Shown: piece by piece, positions 38,660 through 52,214 of the stretch
How positions within the stretch are numbered: the first letter of the stretch is position 1
Layout of the letters: the number at the start of each line of letters is the position of its first letter
Assembly: GCF_004010195.1 (NCBI RefSeq)
Contig: NC_057718.1
Location: 33,689,851 to 33,753,850 of the forward strand
From: Chiloscyllium plagiosum
Lineage: Eukaryota
DNA length: 64,000 bases
Direction of reading: 5' to 3'
Made by a program: the position numbers and the translations under genes
Notes under the pieces: model-generated
Told to the model about the DNA's origin: nothing
Seen by the model: only the letters and a program-made list of their open reading frames with translations
Databases searched by the model: none

Positions 38660-40799
38660 TCGGCCACATTTGGAGTACTGTATATAGTTCTGGTCGCCAC
38701 GTTACCAAAAGGATGTGGATGCTTTGGAGAAAGTGCAGAGGAGGATCACCAGGTATGGAGGGTGCTAGCTATGAAGAGAGGTTGAGTAGATTAGGATTAT
38801 TTTCATTGGAAAGAAGGAGTTTGAGGCCGACTGGGTGGATCGCAAGAAACTTTTCCCAGAGTAGAGGACTCAATTACTAGGGGTCACTAATTCAAAGTGA
38901 GAGAGGAAAGGTTTAGGGGAGATGTATGTGGAAAGTTCTTCATGCAGAGGGTGGTGAGTGCCTGAAATGCGTTGCCAGCGGAGGTGGTAGGGGAGGGAAT
39001 GATAGCATCATTTAGGATATATCAAGACAGATACATGAATGGGCAGGGAGAAAAGGGATACAGATCCTTAGAAAATAGGCAGCAGGTTTAGATAGAGGAT
39101 CTAGATTGACGCAGGCTTGGAAGGCCGAAGGGCCTGTTCCTGTGCTGTGTTGTTCTTTGTTCTAATTATAATCTGAATAAATTATTGTTAAAAGTATTTG
39201 TGTAAACAATATAAAATGTTTAGGAGGGTTCATGTGATGTTATGTTTCAATTTTAATACTATGTTTAAAACTGACATCTTTAGTTTTCTGGCAATGATGC
39301 ATCAGGACTATCTAACTCAGAAGTTTAAAGCTTTACATTGTAACCCCCAATTAATTTCTATTTCAGTGGTCAAACATTTGGGTATAGAATCGCTAAATGT
39401 ACCAAAATAGAGATTAACTGAAGTGCTGATGTACAAGTTCAACATTCTATTTATTATTTCATCAGGCCACGCATTGTTATTGGGTTGGCAGTGATTTTGA
39501 ATTTGCTTGTTTAAATAAAAGTACCGTACTACAGGTTGCATTTTAATTGACCAGACTACTCAGGCAGCGACCAGGAAGATAGTTGGTTAAAATCAATGTT
39601 CTGGAGAAACAAAGTTAACGTTCCAAGTTTGATATTCCTTCTTCGGAGCTCTGGAGCAGCCATACCAAACTTTGTTTCTCTCTTCATAGCTGCTCTCAGA
39701 TCTGCTGAGTCTATTGAACACTTTTTTTAAAATTTCAGATCTCCCGTATTTCTAAATGGTTGTTTTAATAGTTGAGTCTTTGTTCTGTTGGATGTTGCCA
39801 GTGTGCAAGCTTTTTCTTCTGTACCCAGTTTACTTGTTTAATTTTTTTCAATCCGCATGGAAACAGAATTAACAATATCCATATCAAATAATATTGATTC
39901 TAAAAATATGAAGGATTAAGTTTAGTTGAAAGAAATTGTATCTCATTGATTCATTGCCTGATGGAAAATTTGCAAGATCCTATGTAAAGCTCAGAAGATT
40001 TCTTCACTGAAACAAATGTAGAGTAAGAAAGAGTTTTTAAGAAGTCTAGCTGTCTTTTTGTGGAGTGTGATATTTGCGGAAATGACTGCATTACCAACCA
40101 AATCAAACAAACTTGCTCTAAAATAAATAACCCGAAGTTGCCAAAAACACAAAGTATAATCTAAAAGTCTCCAAAAGACATGTCGGTTGTGGATGTAATC
40201 CTTCCTTAATTTGTTTACCGAAGGAAAAAAAGGTCCTGTTTATTCCAATCTTTAATTATTGGGTTAAGGGAAAATGGCATATTAGTTGTGGTTTTTGGAG
40301 AGTTCACGTGTCTTTGCTGCACAAAGATGGCATTATATTGCATTTACTGAGTAAAGTCTCAAACTGTGAGGTATTTAACCATTATTGTTTAGTATATGTT
40401 TTAATGTTCCTGAATGTAGGTTTATTTTTGATTACACTTATTCACTGACTTGGAACTGACTTCTCAGATCTGAGGCAGGATTAAGTATACAGTTTTAGTT
40501 CCAGTAAATTGAATTGCACCTTGTTGTTTATTGAACTAATATTAAAGAAAAGGGGCAGCCAGAATCAACAGCACTGAAAACCAGAATCTCAAATTTAGAT
40601 CAGATGGTTGTTTATAGCTTGGGGACAGAAGTAGCAGGTCACACTCAGCCATTTCAACCCAGAAGTCAAATCCAGTGTCACCTCTGCCAGCTCTGTATGA
40701 AATCATTTTGCAAAGTCAGTCCAGTTCCTAAATAGCAGGAACACACAGCACAGAAATATCTCTAATTTGGCAAAGATTGCCAATAAAACTAGAAATTTT

Positions 40800-40960
40800 A
40801 CTTGGCTCATTGTTAGCCCTTTTATCCATTGGTCAGAAAGTTATGGTATCAAATTCCACAAACTTAAGCACAATCAACACTGGACTCAGGACAGTACTGA
40901 GGAAGTGCTGTTGTGCCAAAGGTATCCTCTTTTGGATAAGACATAAAACTGAGATCTTTC
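40800..40960 (+). mobile_element. Old Deu-domain SINE (SacSINE1/AmnSINE-like), tentative
   Basis: 'gtcagaaagttatggtatcaaattccac...cagtactgaggaagtgctg...tcttttggataagacataaaactgag' resembles the recalled shark DeuSINE head and body. Confidence 0.5.
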
Positions 40961-41500
40961 TGGGATAAAGAACAAAGCAATTGATTAAGTTACTTTGCTT
41001 GTACCATTAACTTTCCTAGTTCTTAACCATCTGGTTTATCAGAAACTTGAAATCTTCAAAACCAGCACTGAAATAAATAACTTTTGAATATCTTGAACAA
41101 ATCAGCCACAGATGAACAGGGGGAAGAAAGACCTGTTCCTTGGAGATGGCTTGGATAACGTAATTTAGAGTTTTGTTTGAGACCGTGGAAGATGATTGAT
41201 TTGTCAGTATCAGTAATGACAGCTTATGAATCACCTTTAATTGGCTACATTTTGCATTCTCAAATAACTTGCTAATTTTCTTGAGGAATATTTTTGCCAC
41301 ACAGGCCATTGGATCTCCGAATGTCTCAGATTCCTCCATAATGTGTATCACTTTTGGGTTCTTCTAAAACTTATCTGTTTCTGTTCTTTGATTTTAATCA
41401 GGTTTAAAATGTGTACAATAGAAGTGCAGAAACAACTTTTTTAAAAAGTGGACAAGGAAGGTTTCATTCATAACATTTTCTCCTTGCATTTGATTACCAG

Positions 41501-41592
41501 GTGCGAAATTCTTCTACTTTGTTGTTTAGTGCACTGATTACTAGGATATTTGGCGTCAAAAGAGGAAAAGATGAATGTTCTAAGAAAAACAG
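41501..41592 (+). CDS. THADA: THADA internal coding exon (window exon 6)
   Basis: tgattaccag|GTG...AACAG|gtattg. Encodes VRNSSTLLFSALITRIFGVKRGKDECSKKN(R). 92 nt, phase 0 to 2. No following exon was found in the remaining 22 kb. Confidence 0.96.
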
Positions 41593-42109
41593 GTATTGTT
41601 TCACCTCTGTTTATTTTGTTGTTAATTTATTTTCCAAAGAATAACTATCCCAAGTAAACTTTGTTGTCCTTGATTTCAGCTGCTCTTGCATTTTATTGTT
41701 TGCACCTTTGAAATTTGGTGGTACTATTCTGCTTTTAATGAAGATGCAGTATGGCAAGCAATGCACACACATTTTGTCAGAAGTGCGCCGCCTGTCTTAT
41801 TGGTGACAGCTCCTGTAAGCAGTATTGGTGTTCAGGGTTCATGCCCATGATGGGCCCTGCATGTTGTGTTCAGTTATTTTCATGCAATTGAAAGTGACTG
41901 CTGGCTAATAGTAAACAAATGAGACTAGCAGAACAATTTTGCCTGATTCTGCACCATTTATCATATGGTTTCTGAGAGAGTGTAGTCTGAATGTGATTTA
42001 GAGAATGGAGAAGTCTACCTGTTACTCTGATATCTAACATTTTGCATGCAGAGTGTGCAAATAAATTTAGATCAGCGAGTCCATACCAATTCACCAAGCT
42101 TGCATATCT

Positions 42110-42660
42110 CTGGACACTATGAGCAATTTATGATGGCCAGTCCATCTAACCTGAATATCTTTGGATTATAGGAGGAAACTGGAGCACCCAAAAGAAATAC
42201 ACACAAACATGTGGAGAATGTACAAACTCCATATAGGCAGTTTCCCAAGGGTGGAATTGAGCCCAGGTCCCTGGTGCGGTGAGGCGGCATGCTAACTATT
42301 GAGTCACCATGCTGTCCCAATTTAGAACTGAGATCAGGAAAAATCACTTCGATCAGAGGTTGATTCCCTACAGTATGAAAAGAGGCCTTTCGACCCAACA
42401 AATCCACACAAACTCTCCAAAGAGTAATCCACCCAGACCCATTTCCCTCTGACTAATGTAGCTAGTTCTCTAGGTAATTTAGTGTGGCCAATTCACCTGA
42501 CCTGCACACCTTTGGATTTTGGGAGCACTCGGGGGAAACCCACGCAGACACTGGGAGAATGTGCAAACTCCACCCACAGTCGCCCGAGGTGGGAATTGAA
42601 CCCAGGTCCCTGGTGCTGTGAGGCAGCAGTGCTAACCACTGAGTCACCGTATTGTCCTTC
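42110..42660 (-). mobile_element. Two adjacent HE1-type SINEs (~42110-42318 and ~42362-42660)
   Basis: Both have a minus-strand tRNA-like head (ggtgactca(g/a)t(g/a)gttagca...gggttcaattccc) and V-domain; the second keeps the CR1 tail. Confidence 0.82.
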
Positions 42661-43890
42661 CGTCCTGAAAATCAAAGAGCTTTAACGGATTCATCTCTTT
42701 TATTCCATTGGCCCTCATCTTAATTATTTACAAATTAAAGAAAATAGTCAACTTTTCTTAGACGATTTATATATTTATCGTGCACTTAGCTTATATGACA
42801 AACCCTTTTAAATTCGGAAAAACCTATTAAATACATGGATGACAATTATAGACGTCTTGAGTACAGATTGACACTTTTAAGTTTTGCCTCTCTGACTTAT
42901 TCAGTTACTGAGTGACACAATTGTACAACTAATGCAGACCCAATTGTGGTGCAGACTGTCTTCATATTTTTGTCCTTTTAAACATATGGTTCCATTTTTG
43001 ATGTAGTTATGCAGTGTTCTCTTCTCTTTTGTGAAGGAACCAGTCCTTTTACCTCATTATAAAAGCATTTGGGGATCAGATCATCATATCATCATACTGC
43101 AAAAATCTATTCCTATTGCATTGTCAAAAGACATGAGTATGCTCACCTCTATTTACAAAAGACACTGGTGTTAATTTAAACTAGTTAGAGTAGAGCAACC
43201 AATAATTGTTTTAGTATCAAACCAATACCCATCTTCCTTTCACAAAGTACATTGCTGGCAAAGCTCTCAGCTATTTTATTCATGATCAAGATATTCATGT
43301 TTACACACATTTCTGAACTTGTAATTGACAGTTCATTGCTGGTGCCAATCCAAAACTATGCTGTGGTCTCAAATCAAATCCTATCCGTTTCTGTATAATT
43401 TTGTTTACAATATCCCCCTTGTCTCTGCAACCGATTCTTGTAGCAAGCAACATTGTCCATAACTTGTTTTATCATTGGTAGAATTGCAATCAGTCCTACA
43501 TAGGCACCTTTTTCTTTTACATGGTCATGTGTCTCAGGACTGAAAAATATCACGTTGTCTTGAAAATTTAAAGTAATTTTTGCTTTTTTCCACAATAGCC
43601 CAAAGATTTTAGTTTTCTGTCTGAATATTTATTTGTTTCCACTTTTTGGTTTCACAAAGTCATCTTCTTTGATCATGTTGTATTCAAGAAAGCCTAACCA
43701 TGATACACTATTACATTGATTATTTCAAACTTTATTATTATTACAAACTTTTATTCACAGCGATATACAATATTGCAACCACAGTTTGTCTGCTCCATTA
43801 TAAAATAGCACAAATCTAAGTGAATCTCCTGTTAATACGAATGACCTGCATACGATTAAATAATAAGTATAATACAATTAGCATGATTAG

Positions 43891-43982
43891 TCCAGGAGTG
43901 ATGCAGGTGGTCAAACCACCTAGTTATAAACAAAACAGAATTTATTTATAAGATTATGGAATGAAACAAACAAAAAAGAACA
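43891..43982 (+). repeat. Exact 92-bp copy of 45077-45168
   Basis: tccaggagtgatgcaggtggtcaaaccacc...aaacaaacaaaaaagaaca is identical at both positions. Confidence 0.9.
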
Positions 43983-44981
43983 TAGAACAACATGTCAGGA
44001 CTGGCAGCAGTCATATCCAAAAATAAGGTACTTATCTGGTGAGTTATAACATAAGATTGCATGCTGAGAGAGCTGCATGACCCCAAATCATTTCAAATCA
44101 AAATGCTACAGTTCTGCTGCATCCATTCATGAATTATGGTGGATAATTAAGCAACAAATGGAATAGTAATGCTTCATAAATATTTCTGTTATCAATTACA
44201 AAACCATCTAGTTTTCTACTCTTAAAGGAATGCAAAATTTATCTATTCAGTCTGTTGTAATTTATCCCTTTTTCGAGCAGGTATCAATCTGGTTAAGATT
44301 TTGTATTGATTTACAGCAAACCTTTTGATTAACTTGCACCAATGAGATCAGTATGTACCAGTTGATCAAGTGGTCCACATAATCAATATAAAAACACAAC
44401 AGTAGAAATGTAATGCAGGGGGTATACACATCATTATTATACTTTATTTGCAGTATAAATCACTTAAATAATAATTTGAGTAAAACTTACCGGCAGAGAG
44501 CCTTCTTACTCACATCTTCAACTGACTACTTGAACATTGTGAAGATCGGAATAATACAATAAACGTCTGGTGGTTCAAGTTTATACATTTCCTGATTTAT
44601 GGAAAGTGCTGGTGCCTTGGGTGCCGGTTAAAATGAATTTTTGCTGTTCTGAGAAGTTAATGTCATCTAGTACGTTTTAATGTCATCTAGTATATTAAAT
44701 TGTTAATCAGTGAAGTACCAGTCATTTGTATGATGGTTTTATTAAAACTGCACAGGATATCTATTTCCTTATCATAAACTAAACAAAAATCCAAATTCCA
44801 GCTGAGTACATAAATAAATACCTAGCAGTAGGGAGCTTGAAAGCAAATGACATCTTGTCAGTTGAAAGTTTTATTATCCTTGAAGTATATGCACCTTTAA
44901 AATCCTGGATACTGAAATATATATACATTTACTAATTACTAACAGCTTGAAACTAGCAATGATGAACATGGCATTTACAAC

Positions 44982-45795
44982 TGTTCCAAATCAGGGCAAA
45001 CCCCAACAAAACATTTTAAGAAACTGGACCAGATCCGAACTTGGCTAGTTGTTTTAAGCAGGTGTATATTGGATATTCCAGGAGTGATGCAGGTGGTCAA
45101 ACCACCTAGTTATAAACAAAACAGAATTTATTTATAAGATTATGGAATGAAACAAACAAAAAAGAACAGAATAACTTAATCTATCCAAAAACCCAGCAGA
45201 ACATCCCAACTTAATGATGCTGTTCCCAATACTTGCAACAATCTCCATAAACACCCCTTGGCAAAAAATTAAAATCAAACACAGGGTATTACAAGAGAGA
45301 AGTCACAGAGAGATCAGCATGGACCTGCTTCCTTGGGTCTAGCAACCTTTTCGTTGGATCAGCAGCCTCAAGCTGAACTGACTGCTTTCAGTGAATTCCG
45401 GACGAAGGGCTTTTGCCTAAAACGTCAATTTTACTGCACCTCGGATGCTGCCTGAACTGCTGTGCTTTTCCAGCACCGTTCTACTCCACAATCTGGTTTC
45501 CAGCATCTGCAGTCATTGTTTTTACCTACCTGCTTTCAGTGAACAGTCAGACTGCTAAAACCAAACCAAAGAAAAGCTGAACTGGGAGAACTGGCCACTC
45601 CCATTTCATTGTAAAAGTGTTTTTTTTTCCCAAACCTGAAAGTCTCTTGCCCGAGGCAGTATCTGTTAGCGAAAGTAAAACTGGGCCCTAACTCATTCAA
45701 GCCTGACTTTTCAGAATCACTGCTTTTACAATCTCTCTGGGGAAAAAAAAATGCCAAGGATACCATAACCTTGTTAAAGGAGTAGCATCGTCACA
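44982..45795 (-). mobile_element. Probable solo LTR
   Basis: TG...CA termini (tgttccaaatc ... catcgtcaca), imperfect 4-bp flanks caac/cagc, AATAAA on the minus strand near 45127. Contains a PLE insert. Confidence 0.5.
45396..45529 (+). mobile_element. Penelope-like mini-element (family B') with degenerate hammerhead core
   Basis: Exact 14-bp TSD ctgctttcagtgaa (45382-45395 / 45530-45543). Begins ttc-CGGACGA-A-GGGC tttt GCCT-AAAA-CGTC. Confidence 0.75.
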
Positions 45796-46029
45796 CAGCA
45801 GACATGAGATTGGGAAATGAATGGATATGGTGAAATGTAGGAACCCTGTTACATTTGTGAACACAATTAGCTAAGTAATTGAGAGGTGGGCAATCTATAA
45901 AAATAGAACAATTGGAGTAGGAAATAGAAATTTCATTTTGAGATTACAAAAGAATAAATCAACACAAGTGGAGTTTTATTTCAACTAAGTTTCAAAAATA
46001 TGTTTCAAATGGAAGATTTGAGTAATAAA

Positions 46030-46445
46030 GAAAGGCTGGGACTTTTTCACTGGAGCGGAGGAGATTGAGAGGCTACCTTCTGGAAGCTCATTAAATAAAG
46101 AGGGGCATAGATAGAGTTAATGGCAATTGTCTTTTCCGTAGGATGGGAGATTTCAAGACAAGGGGCCACATTTTTAAGGTGAGAGGAGAGAAATTTAAAA
46201 GTGATATGAGGGGCAAATATTTTATAACAGAGGGTGGTTTGCTTGTGGAATGAACATCCTGAGGAAATGGTGCATGTGGGTACAATCACAACATTTAAAA
46301 GACATTTGGATATGTATTTGGATAGGAAAGATTTGGAGGGAAATGGGTCAGGAGTAGCCAGGTGGAGCAAGTTTAGTTTGGGATTATGTTTGGCATGGAC
46401 TATTTGGACTGAAGGGTCTGTTCCCTTGCTGTATTTCTCTGACTT
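46030..46445 (+). mobile_element. CR1 3' fragment
   Basis: LFSLERRRLRG..., FKTRGH..., VVCLWN remnants and a CR1 3' UTR (gaagggtctgtt). Confidence 0.8.
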
Positions 46446-47739
46446 GATAGTACTGGACCGGAGTGAAAAATGTAGTTGTACTACCTAAGATGCAAGGAAG
46501 GTTCGGAAACTTATGAGGTAATCTTCATGCCTTTTAGAATTCTGAAAAAACTGATATATTCAGTTGCAGTGCTGGCTTCATATTAAAAACTTTCAATCAT
46601 ATTAAAAGCTAGACTAAACCAGGGCAACTTAGTGAGACCTGACAAAAAGATGGTAAGCACTAATTCATCTTATATTACAAAAGAGTGTTACATTACCATA
46701 GTAACAGGCTAAATTGAATTTCTGAAATTATATTGTAATCCTACAAAGATTAGCTGATACGCTTTGACAAGTAATGTAAATCAGTGGGTTCATTGTTTAT
46801 TGTAAAAGTGTATGGGAGTTTGAGTGCCCTAATAGTAATTATAAATTCGTATTTTGTGGAGTAGGGAACAGCCAGAGCTGGAAACATTGATCTGTTTAGC
46901 AAAGCTCATGCTGAAGAGAATTATTTTCTTCCAGGGTAAATTTTGGTTCTGAGACAGTTCTTGGATATTTGTAATAATAAAGAAAAGCAAATTTGAAATT
47001 TAAGGTCAGTGCTGTAACATGAGCTCTGGTTGCTGATATCTCTCTAATTGTTTGTGACTTATTTGAAGAAAGACTGCAGTGACAAGGAGGATTAGCTTGG
47101 CTTATAATCTTTTTGAATTCTTGACAACATTGTTTTCCTTAAGTTAGAAAATTTTATGTGAAATATTTATGAATGAGAATGCAAGAGCTAGTTAATATGA
47201 TTAAAACAAACTTAGTTTCATGAAAGAGTCTAATCCAAATTGATTTTAAGATCATTTGATTTTAGAGTGTGATTTTCAAAAGTGAGAAATGGAATGTTTA
47301 TTCTAGATCAAAAATATCTACACTAACCAGAAATCAGAATATTTTTTATCATTCGCAGCTACAACCTTTGAATAGATGCTCGTCTCCAAACATTCTGTAG
47401 CCTGATACATACATAATTTTTGCATTTTTATCATAATCAGGAAGTACTTTTAGTTAATCTTTTGACGTACTCAGAAATATAATTTTAACACCTGGTTAAT
47501 GATTTAAGTTTTTTAAAGACTTATGTATATTATTTTTGCTGTACAAAAGACGTATTTGTCCTCTCTTGCTGCTAAATACAATTTATTTTGCTGGCTAAAA
47601 CATTTTTAATTAAAAATGCATGTTTTACAGTTAATTAAATACTATAAGTTCTTTATTGCAATGCCAAAAGATTATTTTGATTGAATAGTCTTGCAACCTG
47701 TTTTGCAATCTCTGTGATAAAAATAGGCTCCTCTTGCAG

Positions 47740-50350
47740 GATATGGGAGCTAAGGGTCACCACTGGTGAGGGGGTAGGTGATGTAAAAGAGGGGGAGTGG
47801 CATTGCTAATCAGGAATAGTATCACAGCTGCAGAAAGGGAGGTCGATGAGGAGGATTTGTCTCCAAAGTCAGTAAGGATGGAAGTCAGAAAGGAGCAGTC
47901 GCTTTATTGGGACTTTTCTACAGACAAACTCCCCAGCTAGCAACAGAGACATGGAGAAGCAGATTGGGAAGCAGATTTTGCAAAGGTGCAACAGGGTCGT
48001 TGTCATGGGTGACTTAAACTTCCCTGATAATGATTGGAACCTCCTTAGTTCTCAAATAGTTTGGATGGAGAAGTTTTTGACAGGTATGTCCAGGAAAGAT
48101 TCCTGACTCAATATGTAGATAGGCCGACCAAAGGGGAGGCCACATTGGATTTGGTGCTTGGCAACAAACCAAGTCAGGTGTCCAATCTCTCAGTGGGAGA
48201 GCATTTTGGTGATAGTGATCACAACTTCCTGACCTTTCACTATACTTGTGGAGAGGGATAGGAGCAGGCAGTATGGGAAAGTATATAATTGGGTGAGGGG
48301 AAAAAACAATGCTTTCGGCAGGAAGTGGGGCACCTAAGTTGGGAATAGATATTCTCGGGGAAATGCATGACAGAGACTTGGAGATTGTTCAGGGAGCACT
48401 TGCTAGTAGTTTTGAACAGGTTTGTCCACTGAGACAAGGAAAGGATGTAAGTTGAAAGAACTGTGTGTGACAAGGGATGTGGACCATCTTGTCAAGAGGA
48501 AGAAGGAAGCTTACTTAAGGTCAAGGAGGCAAGGATTGAACAGAGCTCTGGAGGGTTACAAGATAGCCAAGAAAGAACTGAAGAATGGACTTAGGAGAGC
48601 TGGAGGGGGCATGAAAAACGTTTAGAGGGTAGGATTAAGGAAAACCCTAAGGCTTTCTATACTTATGTGAGGAACAAGAGAATGGCTAGACTGAGGGCAG
48701 GGCTAATCAGGGATAGTGGAGGGAACTTATGCCTGGAGACTGAGGATGTCAGGGAGGTCCTTAATGAATACTTTGCTTCAGTATTCACTACTGAGAGGGA
48801 CCTCAATGTTTGTGAGGACAGTGTGAAACAGACTGCTATGCTCAAACAGTTTGATGTTTAGAAGGAAGATATGCTGAAAATGTTGAAAAACATAAGGATA
48901 AGTAAGTCCCCTGAGCCAGGTGGGATATACCCAAGGATATACCCAAAGTTACAAGTGAGGGAAGAGATGGCTGTTCCTTTTGTGATGATCTTTGCATCCT
49001 CTCTGTCTATTGGAGTAGTGCCAGATGATTGGAAGGTGGTAAATGTTATTTCCTTGTTCAAGATAGGGAATAGGGATAATGCTGGGAACTATAGGCCCCG
49101 GTCAGTCTGATGTCTGTAAGATACAAATTAGTGGAAAGGATTCTGTGAAACAGGATTTATGAATACTTGGAAAACCATAGCTTGATTAGAGATAGTCAGC
49201 ATAGCTTTGTGAGGAGCTTGGTGACCAGTGGTGTTCCTCAGGGATCTGTTCTGAGACCTCTGTTCTTTGTGATTTTTATAAATGACCTGGATGAGGAAGT
49301 GGAAGACTGGGTTAATAAGTTTGCTGATGATACGAAGATTGGTGGAGTTGTGGATAGCATGGAGGTCTGTTGTTGGTTGCAGCGGGACATTGACAGGATG
49401 CAGAACTGGGCCAATAAGTGGCAGATTGAGTTCAACCTGGACAAGTTTGAAGTGATTCATTTTGAAAGGTGGAATTTGAACGTAAAATACAGGGTTAAAG
49501 GCAAGATTCTTTGCAGTGTGGAGGAACAGAGGGATTTTGGGGTTCATGTCCATATATCCTCCAAATTTGCCACCCAACTTGATAGGGTTGTTTCGAAGGC
49601 ATATGGTGTGTTGGCTTTTATTAGCAGGGAGATTGAGTTTAAGAACCACGAGGCTATGCTGCAGCTCTGTAGAACCCTGGTTCGACCACCAATGGAATAT
49701 TGTGTTGTGTTCTGTTCTAGTTGTCTCCTCATTAGGAAGTATATAGAAGCTTTAATAAGGGTGCAGAGGAGATTTACCAGGATGTTGCCTGGACTGGCGG
49801 GCATGTCTTATGATGTAGGGTTGAAAGAGCTGAGTTTTTCTCACTGGAGCGAAGAAGGATCAGAGGTGACTTGATAGAGGTGTACAAGATGATGGGAGGC
49901 ATAGAGTGGATAGCCAGAGACTTTTTTCCCAGGGCTGAAATAGCTATCATGAGGGGGCATAATTTTAAGGTGATTAGAGGAAAGTTTAGGGGAGATGTCA
50001 GAAGTAGGTCCTTTACACAGATTGGTGGGAGTATGGAATGCACTGTTGGTAGTGGAGTCAGATACGTTAGGGACAAGTGACTCTTAGATAGACACGTGGG
50101 ATATAGTACAATGAAGGGTATGTAGATTAGTTTGATCTTAGAGTAGGATAGAAGATTGACACAACATAAGCGCCATAGTTCCCGGACCTTCCCATGGCTT
50201 GCCAAAGCTTTGACAAAGGGTCAGTTAGACTCTAAACATCAGCTCTTTTCTCTCCTTACAGATGCTGCCAGACCTGCTGAGATTTTCCAGCATTTTCTCT
50301 TTTGGGATAAGCGCCATAGGGCTGGTACTGTGCTGTACTGTTCTATGCTC
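47740..50350 (+). mobile_element. CR1 LINE (endonuclease to 3' end) with internal deletion
   Basis: Endonuclease remnants GDLNFP and EHFGDSDHN. RT ORF 49167-49874 jumps from QHSFVR straight to LVTSGVPQG (deletion of the DFSKAFD region), then KFADDTKIGG. Tail tgtactgttctatg. Confidence 0.9.
50179..50306 (+). mobile_element. Penelope-like mini-element (family A, single arm)
   Basis: Exact 13-bp TSD ataagcgccatag (50166-50178 / 50307-50319). 50205-50305 matches the right arm of the 2492-2693 palindrome. Confidence 0.75.
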
Positions 50351-50669
50351 TCTGTTTGATCCTAAGTGGTTGAGATTAGGTCTGCAGTTTGTTCAAGAAC
50401 TTGTATTAATGGCAATTGTGTATCTTATTGCACAGAATTGGTATAATGTGGAAAGTACCAGCCAAAGCTTAATACAATTTTAATGTGTGCCATTTGGAAT
50501 AATATGCAATCTGTTTATACAAATTTTTTTTTTAGCTTTTAGCTACTGGTCATTTTCTGTTTGCCTCAATTAATACCTATATCATGATTTTAGTCCTAGA
50601 TATTATGCATGGATGAGGTTTGGGTATTTTTAAAAAAGTTTTGGTGGAGTAGGCAGCTCGGTGGCAGCT

Positions 50670-51435
50670 GATGTTAAATGCAGAGAAATGTGAGGTGATG
50701 CACTTCAATCAGGAAAACATTGAAAGATAATATAAAATAGTGGGTACAATTCTAAATGGGGTGCAGGAGGAGAGGGAACAGGTCTATGTCCACCGATAAT
50801 TGTAAGTGGCAAGGCAGTTATAGAAAGCAGTTAACCGAGCATACAGTGTTCTTGCATATAATAATAGGGACATAGAGTACAAAAGCAAGGAGGTGATGTT
50901 GAAGTTATACAAGGTACTTTCTAGACTTCAGCTGGAATATTGTGTGCAGATGGGGCACCACGTTATGGGGAAGATGTGACTGCATTGGAAAAAGTGCATA
51001 AGTGATTTACAAGGATGGTTCCAGGAATGAGAAACTTCAGTTATGAGATAGATTGAAGAAGTTGGGGCTGTTCCCCTTGGAAAGAATTTACTGAGAGAAG
51101 ATTTGTTAGAATGGCAGGTGACTTTTTTCCTAGGGTGAGGGATTTCAAGACTGGGGGGTTTTTTTTAGGTGAGAGAAGAAGGATTGAAAAAGGACATGGG
51201 GCAACTTTTTTTACATACAGGGTGGTTTGTGTGTGGTATGAACTTCTAAAGGAAGTGGTGGATATAGGTACAGTTATAGTGTTTAATATGCATTTGGATA
51301 ACTACATGAATAGAAAATGTTAGGAGGGAAATGGGCCAAGCACAGGCAGCTGGGACTGATTTAGTTTGGGATTCTGGTCATCGTCGACGAGTTGATCTGA
51401 AGGGTCTGTTTCCGTGCTGTAGATTCTGTGACTCT
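50670..51435 (+). mobile_element. CR1 3' fragments (composite)
   Basis: KCEVMHF, LEYCVQ, RMVPGM remnants and a CR1 3' UTR. Confidence 0.75.
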
Positions 51436-52214
51436 GTATATGAGTGTATTATTTACTTCGAATGTCTGTGGCACTAGATGGCACTGCTGATCTTTCAAAC
51501 TGTGTTAGACAAGGGAAGCAAAAGGAAAGGGTTGGAAAGACTGCAACTGAGGACTGAAGTCTGCATTTTTGACACTTTTTTAAAAAAAAATAGTTGTAGT
51601 CATTGGCAACTTTCTTTCTGCCATACCACCCTCTTGAAAGAAAAACAAAAGAACAGACAGCAGCAGAAAGGATGAGCTATGAATGGAAAATACATTAAAG
51701 GAGAAATAAGAAAATGAATGCAAACAGATTAGAAACAGATTGTTTTTTGAATTAACATTGTAAGAGATCTATTAAGGATGCATTAACAATTTTGAATTAA
51801 GTCTACACTACTTCCGCTTGGTTGCTGATTTTTAAATGTATAATTGGTGTATTTAACGCTGCAGTATTCAGACTTCTTGTTAACTGGTAATGCAGTTGAA
51901 CCTCAAAATTTCATTTCCCTTTTGTTATATAAAGTAATGTATCAGGAAATAATAAGGTAAACCCCCACAAGAGTTAAGTTTGGAGACTGCATTAGGTTCC
52001 AACCTGAATGTCATAACGACTTTGGAGGGAAATGCAGAACATCATAGCATCTCAAAGAGAACAGATCCATTGTCATAGTCTGCTCAGTCTCCATAACAAT
52101 GATTTAGTTAGTAATATAAATTGTACCTGATTGCTGGCATACAGTAAACTATTTCTTGTTTAAGACAAGACCCACTTCTCATTAAGATTGACTAGTGGTT
52201 TTGCTCTCCCAAAT

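Larger units (their letters stand above)
37040..39163 (+). mobile_element. 5'-truncated CR1 LINE
   Basis: VPEDWRIANV...NYRPVSLTS...QHGFVQGRSCLTNLIEFF; SGVSQGSVLGPLLF...KITDDTKIGG; tail tgttgttctttgttcta. Interrupted by a PLE insert. Confidence 0.92.

Noticed and set aside
49167..49874. Functional reverse transcriptase gene
   Set aside because: The ORF lacks the central DFSKAFD region because of a deletion and is surrounded by stops and frameshifts.
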